From a bacterium (GTDB lineage Bacteria; Patescibacteriota; Minisyncoccia; UBA6257; GWB1-50-10), in the NCBI GenBank assembly GCA_027310365.1, contig DAIDAY010000001.1, forward strand, positions 4,142 to 68,141: a stretch of DNA of 64,000 nt. Direction: 5' to 3'. A model generated the notes under the pieces. The model saw only the letters and a list, made by a program, of their open reading frames with translations, searched no databases and was not told the DNA's origin. The position numbers and the translations under genes are program-made. Of this stretch, positions 58,787 to 64,000 are shown one piece after another (position 1 is the stretch's first letter; every line of letters starts with the position of its first letter).

Positions 58787-59998
58787 ATGACTCCTGGCGG
58801 CAATGATTTTTCCGATCTCGGCATCGCTCCGGGGATTCTGGAGGTTTTGAAGAAACTCAATTTCACGGAGCCCACGCCGATCCAGCGCCAGGCGATCCTG
58901 CCGGGCATCGAGAAGAAAGACATCGTCGGCATCGCCCAAACCGGGACCGGAAAGACGCTTGCTTTCGGCATTCCGCTCATCCAGCACGCCCTCCAAGGGA
59001 TGAAGACGGCTCTCGTCGTCGTGCCGACCCGTGAGCTCGCCATCCAGGTGTGCGAATCCATAAACTCGGTCGGCACGAAACTCGGCGTGAAGACCACGAT
59101 GGTTATCGGCGGAGAAGACATGTACCGGCAGGTCAAATCGCTCCACGCTCATCCCCAGATTATCGTCGGGACGCCCGGCCGCCTCGTCGACCACCTCGAA
59201 CGAAAGAACGTCTCGTTCGCCGACCTCGCGACCGTCGTTCTCGACGAAGCGGATCACATGCTCGACATGGGATTCGCTCCGCAGATCCAGAAGATTTTCG
59301 CCGCTCTGCCGCGCGAACGGCAAACCATGCTTTTCTCGGCAACCATGCCCGAGCGCATCGTGGAAATTACCAAGCGGTACATGAAACTCCCGATACGGGT
59401 GGAAATCGCCCCGCCGGGCACTGCGGCGGAAACCGTCTCGCAAGAACTCTTCTTTGTTGAGAAAAGCGACAAGATGCGTCTTTTGGAAAAGATACTCGAC
59501 GACTACCGCGGGTCCGTTCTTATTTTCTCGAGAACGAAATTCGGCGCGAAGAGAATCGCGCGAGGCGTCCGCAACCTCGACATCTCCGCGACTGAACTCC
59601 ACTCGAACCGGTCGTTGAGCCAGCGGAAGCATTCGCTTGAAGGATTCAAGAATGGCATGTACCGCGTTTTGATCGCGACCGATATCGCGGCGCGGGGAAT
59701 CGATGTGAAAGGGATCGAACTTGTTTTGAACTACGATTTACCCCAGAGCCCCGAGGACTACGTTCACCGGATCGGCCGGACCGGCCGCATGGGAGGCATC
59801 GGACACGCAATCTCTTTCGCGACACCGGCTGAGCGGCGCGACGTCCGGGACATCGAACGACTCGTCCGCTCCGCTATCCCGCTTTCCAAACTTCCAGAGC
59901 TCCCGCCAGCCCGGATGGCACCGCGCCCTGAACGCCCTCCGCATGCTTTTCACTCCCGAAACCGGCAGCCCTACCGCCCGCATCGGAACAGGTTTTGA
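58787..59998 (+). CDS. DEAD-box RNA helicase
   Basis: Q motif, AQTGTGKT, PTRELA, DEAD, SAT, ARGID and HRIGRTGR motifs. Confidence 0.96.
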   Translation: MTPGGNDFSDLGIAPGILEVLKKLNFTEPTPIQRQAILPGIEKKDIVGIAQTGTGKTLAFGIPLIQHALQGMKTALVVVPTRELAIQVCESINSVGTKLGVKTTMVIGGEDMYRQVKSLHAHPQIIVGTPGRLVDHLERKNVSFADLATVVLDEADHMLDMGFAPQIQKIFAALPRERQTMLFSATMPERIVEITKRYMKLPIRVEIAPPGTAAETVSQELFFVEKSDKMRLLEKILDDYRGSVLIFSRTKFGAKRIARGVRNLDISATELHSNRSLSQRKHSLEGFKNGMYRVLIATDIAARGIDVKGIELVLNYDLPQSPEDYVHRIGRTGRMGGIGHAISFATPAERRDVRDIERLVRSAIPLSKLPELPPARMAPRPERPPHAFHSRNRQPYRPHRNRF

Positions 59999-60031
59999 GA
60001 TGGGTTCTGATCTTGGTATAACTAATTCAAT

Positions 60032-60433
60032 TTGGCCATCCTCATATTCTTCGGACCGATGGCAAGCGCCGAATTCGACAGGGCGACGTGGCTCGAATTC
60101 GCAGTTGCGCTGCCGTTTGTCTATTCCGCAATTTTCTTCCATGCGCAGCATTCGCGGGCGCGGGAATACGCAGAGGAATATTCGTTCAAATCGCTCGTTG
60201 CTCGATCGCTCGGCGGGTATGCCGATCTCGTGAAGAAAGAGGTGAATCACGCGAAGGTTGAAGAACAAAAGAAATATCTGGATTTCGTGATCGATACGAT
60301 CGGCATCCTGTTCTCGTCGCCCCGCGAGGCGATTTCAAAGCATCCGATCAAGGATGAAGAAGACGTGAAGGTGGGCGTGGTGGAAAAGCTCGGCGATGTT
60401 TTTAAGAAGTTCATATCGGGGAATCTGGGATAG
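60032..60433 (+). CDS. hypothetical protein, possibly a C-terminal fragment
   Basis: TTG start; TM, then EEYSFK. Confidence 0.5.
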   Translation: MAILIFFGPMASAEFDRATWLEFAVALPFVYSAIFFHAQHSRAREYAEEYSFKSLVARSLGGYADLVKKEVNHAKVEEQKKYLDFVIDTIGILFSSPREAISKHPIKDEEDVKVGVVEKLGDVFKKFISGNLG

Positions 60434-60518
60434 GAGAAAGAAGAATGCCTCCATGCGGCAACGCCTTTGCAAAGAAAAAGAGCTGGATGTTCATCCGGAA
60501 ATATGGTAAAATTGAAGC

Positions 60519-60854
60519 ATGAAAAGCCGCAGCGAGAATTTTATGCCCGATCTTTTCACCACCGAAAATCCCAAGCCGGGAGAAAAGGGTTACCTCGAAA
60601 AGGGCTTTCACTTCAATAAGAAAGGAGAGGTGGAAGATGAAAAGGGGAATATTTACAACGAGTATTACCAGCTGATGAAGGAAGCGCCGAGCGAGGCGTA
60701 TCTGGCGGCAAAGAGATTGCATCCGGGATTTGACGATGATCAGTTGAGGCCTTATGTCAAGATGTTCGAGAAACAAATCGAGACCGCGAAGAAAAACGAG
60801 AAACATGAAAATACTCGTACAAGTGAAGCCGGGCGCGAAAGGAAAAAAGATTGA
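60519..60854 (+). CDS. hypothetical protein
   Basis: 111-aa ORF overlapping the next gene. Confidence 0.6.
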   Translation: MKSRSENFMPDLFTTENPKPGEKGYLEKGFHFNKKGEVEDEKGNIYNEYYQLMKEAPSEAYLAAKRLHPGFDDDQLRPYVKMFEKQIETAKKNEKHENTRTSEAGRERKKD

Positions 60855-61023
60855 AAGGGTTGATAAAACGCATTTTAAGATTTCAGTGAAAGAGCCTGCG
60901 AAAGAGGGGAGGGCGAACTCTGCCGTCGTGAAAGCGGTGGCGGACTATTTCGGCGTGAGTATCTCGCGCGTCACTGTGGTCTCCGGATTAACGTCACGGG
61001 AGAAGGCGCTGGAGCTCAATTGA
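60805..61023 (+). CDS. DUF167/YggU family protein
   Basis: VKPGAK, P.EGRAN and G.TSREK motifs. Confidence 0.9.
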   Translation: MKILVQVKPGAKGKKIERVDKTHFKISVKEPAKEGRANSAVVKAVADYFGVSISRVTVVSGLTSREKALELN

Positions 61024-61105
61024 CGGCTTCCCGGGAACGTTGTACTGTTGTCGAAGCTCTCTTGAGAGCAAGTGCGCTTATTTTTAACTAAAAAGGAGGT
61101 GTTGT

Positions 61106-61546
61106 GTGTTATACTCATGGTACCTGGAGTTCCTCAGATTCTGCGCGTTCATCGATGGCCCTGAGGGTAAACCGGATGGAATGACCTTGGTTTTTCTTTC
61201 CTTTACGGTGGGAATGTTCGTACTCTTTGCATTTAACCGAGGGAAGGGGAGAATAAGGAAGGCATTGAGGAACGATAAGGGTGAAATCGGAATTGATTTA
61301 AAAGAAGGAACTCAGTGGTATTTCTGGGGGCAGAAGACCGTCAACAAACGTGGTTGGCCGATTCACATTGTCCTCTTGTCGCCTCTCGTGGAATTGAGAA
61401 GAGATTCCTTGATGGTTGCCGAGTACGTTTTCATTGACGAGGAAAAATTCCCGCCGGGAACCATCTTTGAAGTTCGCGACAAACAATTGGCGGTCAAGGA
61501 GCGACTCGACGACCGCAGATCTCTCCTGAGAAAAGCGGGTTTTTGA
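61106..61546 (+). CDS. hypothetical membrane protein
   Basis: AAGGAGG SD, one TM, terminator at 61567-61608. Confidence 0.6.
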   Translation: MLYSWYLEFLRFCAFIDGPEGKPDGMTLVFLSFTVGMFVLFAFNRGKGRIRKALRNDKGEIGIDLKEGTQWYFWGQKTVNKRGWPIHIVLLSPLVELRRDSLMVAEYVFIDEEKFPPGTIFEVRDKQLAVKERLDDRRSLLRKAGF

Positions 61547-61566
61547 CCTCTCGCGGACCCGTATAC

Positions 61567-61608
61567 GAAGCCTATCTTCGGAGAATCGAAGATAGGCTTC
61601 TCTTTTTT
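61567..61608. terminator. intrinsic terminator
   Basis: GAAGCCTATCTTCG..CGAAGATAGGCTTC followed by a T-tract. Confidence 0.8.
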
Positions 61609-61657
61609 CGTCTTCGCGGACATGGACGCTGCGCAATGCCGCCAATGCCAAAAACGT

Positions 61658-62815
61658 TCAAGCGGTTTTGAAGTGGATTCTGGCAAGAATAATGAGCGCG
61701 GCGAAACTCGAAATGATCGAAAATACGAAAGGCGCCCGGAATCCCGCGGCTTGCCACAGAAAACCCGCGATGACGGAAGCGGGGAGCGCAATGAGACCCG
61801 TCACCATGGCGAAGCTGCCGAGAAAACTGGCGCGAAGTTCCGGCGGCGACATGTCGGCGACGATCGTTTTCAAATTTCCTTCATACGCGCCGTAGTGGAG
61901 ACCGTAGACCAAGAACCCAACGAGAAAGAGCGCGAGGGAGTTCGTCATCGCGAAGAAAAAGTTCGCGACGATGAAGAGAAGATAGGCGACGGAGAGGACG
62001 ATTTTCCTGCCGATCCGGTCGGCGAGTTTCCCGAACGGCATTGCCGTGAGCGCCGAGACGAAAATGAAAACGCCGTAGAGAAGCGTCACTTCTTCCAACG
62101 AAGAGCCGACGGTTTTTGCGGCTAAGATATAGAATGAATCGGTGAACGCGCCGAGCGTGAAGACGGCCGAAGCGACGGTAAAGAGTTTCAAATCCCGGTC
62201 AGCGAGTTTGAACGAGAAGGAAAGTTTTTTCTCCAGATTCGTTTGCGGGCGATGTTCGCGGACGAGAAAGAAAATCAAAAACGCTCCGATCAAGGAGGGG
62301 ACGGCGGCGACCACGAAGAGCTGCCGTTGGGTCAGGGCGGCGATGAGGAAGAGGGAGGCGAGAAGGCCGACCAACGCTCCTGTCCGGTCGGCGGCCCGGA
62401 GCGCACCGAAAGCGGTTGCCCGGACATTGTATTTTTTGATGTCGGCGACAATCGCATCGCGCGGTGCATCGCGGAGTTTACCTCCACGGTCGAGGATTTT
62501 TCCCGGTATCACGTGCCAGGGAAGACGCGACAGGGCATAGACAATCCTGCTCAGGAAAGCGCTTGCGTATCCGATCCAAATAAAAATCTTTCTTTTTTTT
62601 AATTTGTCCGACAGGAATCCGGAGAAAGCCTGGGAGATCGAAGTCAAGGCATCCCCGAAACCGTCGACAAAACCGAGAAACGTCGTCGAGGCGCCCAGGG
62701 TTACGGTCACGAAAACCGGCCAGATAACGGTCACGAGATAATAGCCGACATCATTCAAGAATGACGCGGCGGCGAAAATCCAGATTGTCAGCCGATGCTG
62801 TTTTTCAGGTTCCAT
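61658..62815 (-). CDS. MFS transporter
   Basis: G.LSDK..KRK and GKLADRIGRK motif A; about 12 TM segments. Confidence 0.92.
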   Translation of the reverse strand: MEPEKQHRLTIWIFAAASFLNDVGYYLVTVIWPVFVTVTLGASTTFLGFVDGFGDALTSISQAFSGFLSDKLKKRKIFIWIGYASAFLSRIVYALSRLPWHVIPGKILDRGGKLRDAPRDAIVADIKKYNVRATAFGALRAADRTGALVGLLASLFLIAALTQRQLFVVAAVPSLIGAFLIFFLVREHRPQTNLEKKLSFSFKLADRDLKLFTVASAVFTLGAFTDSFYILAAKTVGSSLEEVTLLYGVFIFVSALTAMPFGKLADRIGRKIVLSVAYLLFIVANFFFAMTNSLALFLVGFLVYGLHYGAYEGNLKTIVADMSPPELRASFLGSFAMVTGLIALPASVIAGFLWQAAGFRAPFVFSIISSFAALIILARIHFKTA

Positions 62816-62918
62816 TGTTTTAATGATATCATGGGGCATGCGTTAAACTCCCCCGCCTCAGCGAAAGCGCACCGCAACAGAGTTGCTCTCATTGAGGTGC
62901 GGGGGTAAACTGCTATTG

Positions 62919-64000
62919 ATGGACGAGGCTGAATGGTTAAAGAAAAATCCGGCGCTTCAGCGCTTCGAGAAAAAACATCCGAAGATTTCCGCATTTTTCG
63001 GCAGGAGGTTCTCGCGGCGCGGCCGCTACGGCCTGAAGTTCACGTGGGGGATGGTTTTGTGCGCTTCATTTCTCGTGATCTTCATCGAAATGGCGATTGA
63101 TGTCCTCTCTCGGGAAAGCGTCCCGTTCGACTTGAGCGTGATGAATTTCATCTATACCTTCCGGAACCTGGATTTTGCCAGGGTCTTTTTATTTTTCACC
63201 GACTTGGGTGATTGGCAAATCATGACGGCACTGATTGTCATTCTCATAATCTTCTTCCTGATGCTCGGCAAGAAACAGGAGGCGCTTTTTTCCGTCGCAA
63301 CGCTCGCCGTGGGCGAGGCGCTCTATTCTTTCGTCAAGATTCTCATGGCTGTGCCTCGGCCGAGCGTTTTCTATTCCCTGGTTCCTCGAAGCGGCTTTTC
63401 GTTCCCGAGCGGCCACGCGGTAGGGTCGGTGGTTTTCTATGGAATGGCGGGATATCTCATCGCGAAGATGTTCAGAAGACATACGCCGCGCATGATCGTT
63501 TGGGCGACGACCGCCCTCATTGTTTTGGGGATCGGCCTCTCGAGGATTTATTTGGGGGTTCACTGGATTTCCGACGTTTTGGCCGGCTGGTCGCTCGGCC
63601 TCGCGATAGTCTTTTTTTCCATCACTCTTTTTAAAGAATTCAACCGCGATAAACCGGCCGGCGAGAAACCGGTTTTCAAGAAAAGATCAATCTATCAGAT
63701 AACGGCGGCGTTTCTGGCCGGCGGCGCGCTTTTCATTTATTACTTCTACCTTTACCACCCTCTCGAATATAAAGTTCAACCGAACCCGCCCGCGCCGATA
63801 TTTTTGAGCGCAACGACGACCATAACCGATCTCATCTCCCGTTCCGATTTTCCGAAATTTTCCGAAGCGATCACCGGCGACAAGATGGAACCGATGAGTT
63901 TCGTTGTCGTCGGATCCAGAGACGCCCTCGTTTCCGCTTTTAAAAAGGAAGGGTGGCTCATCGCCGATGCGCCGACGACGGCGAATTTCGTGAAACTCGG
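62919..64000 (+). CDS. PAP2 phosphatase fused to LssY-like C-terminal domain (runs off window; not in ORF track)
   Basis: K..PRP, FSFPSGHA and SRIYLGVHW.SDV motifs; then EP.SFV.VG..AF...GW..AD. Confidence 0.88.
   Translation, partial: MDEAEWLKKNPALQRFEKKHPKISAFFGRRFSRRGRYGLKFTWGMVLCASFLVIFIEMAIDVLSRESVPFDLSVMNFIYTFRNLDFARVFLFFTDLGDWQIMTALIVILIIFFLMLGKKQEALFSVATLAVGEALYSFVKILMAVPRPSVFYSLVPRSGFSFPSGHAVGSVVFYGMAGYLIAKMFRRHTPRMIVWATTALIVLGIGLSRIYLGVHWISDVLAGWSLGLAIVFFSITLFKEFNRDKPAGEKPVFKKRSIYQITAAFLAGGALFIYYFYLYHPLEYKVQPNPPAPIFLSATTTITDLISRSDFPKFSEAITGDKMEPMSFVVVGSRDALVSAFKKEGWLIADAPTTANFVKL

Noticed and set aside
1-64000. CRISPR or TIGR-type array; cas, reverse transcriptase or DGR genes
   Set aside because: No regularly spaced repeat-spacer array and no such proteins seen; differences between repeat copies are not adenine-specific
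1-64000. Long antisense or alternative-frame ORFs (e.g. 8085-9107, 19866-20954, 29832-30869, 58742-59632)
   Set aside because: Shadows of well-supported genes, with no motifs of their own
1-64000. UGA recoding (code 25)
   Set aside because: Conserved genes are intact under code 11 and several end in TGA

Overview
This 64 kb window looks like chromosome from a reduced-genome bacterium, most likely Patescibacteria/CPR (Parcubacteria-like). That placement is inferred from the short rpoA, proS and hrcA, DUF4012- and PEGA-like genes, a pilin-like gene and few Shine-Dalgarno motifs; the genetic code is standard (11). From 1 to 43.5 kb it is mostly housekeeping: end of the alpha operon, murA/mreB/ddl/mreBCD-pbp2, proS/lysS/serS, CIRCE-hrcA-grpE-dnaK-dnaJ, xseAB, glycosyltransferases and lepA. 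tRNA-Gly(CCC) at 43534-43607 carries a 2.1 kb serine-recombinase mini-element, and accessory and decayed genes follow. The most unusual signals are non-coding. (1) The recombinase gene is split by its att site and would gain a 50-aa C-terminal tail on excision. (2) A covarying structured element sits just before rplQ, lysS and serS. (3) A 4-copy MITE-like family ends on the A of the next gene's ATG (rpoA, hrcA, a GT4, ftsB-like). (4) A ~150-nt rod-shaped repeat occurs twice. (5) Two orphan IS200/IS605 right-end (omegaRNA-like) elements are present. (6) A TrpR-like gene is bracketed by a 20-bp palindrome, one copy of which is split by an IS200 element. All alignments and folds were done by eye; no database searches were run.
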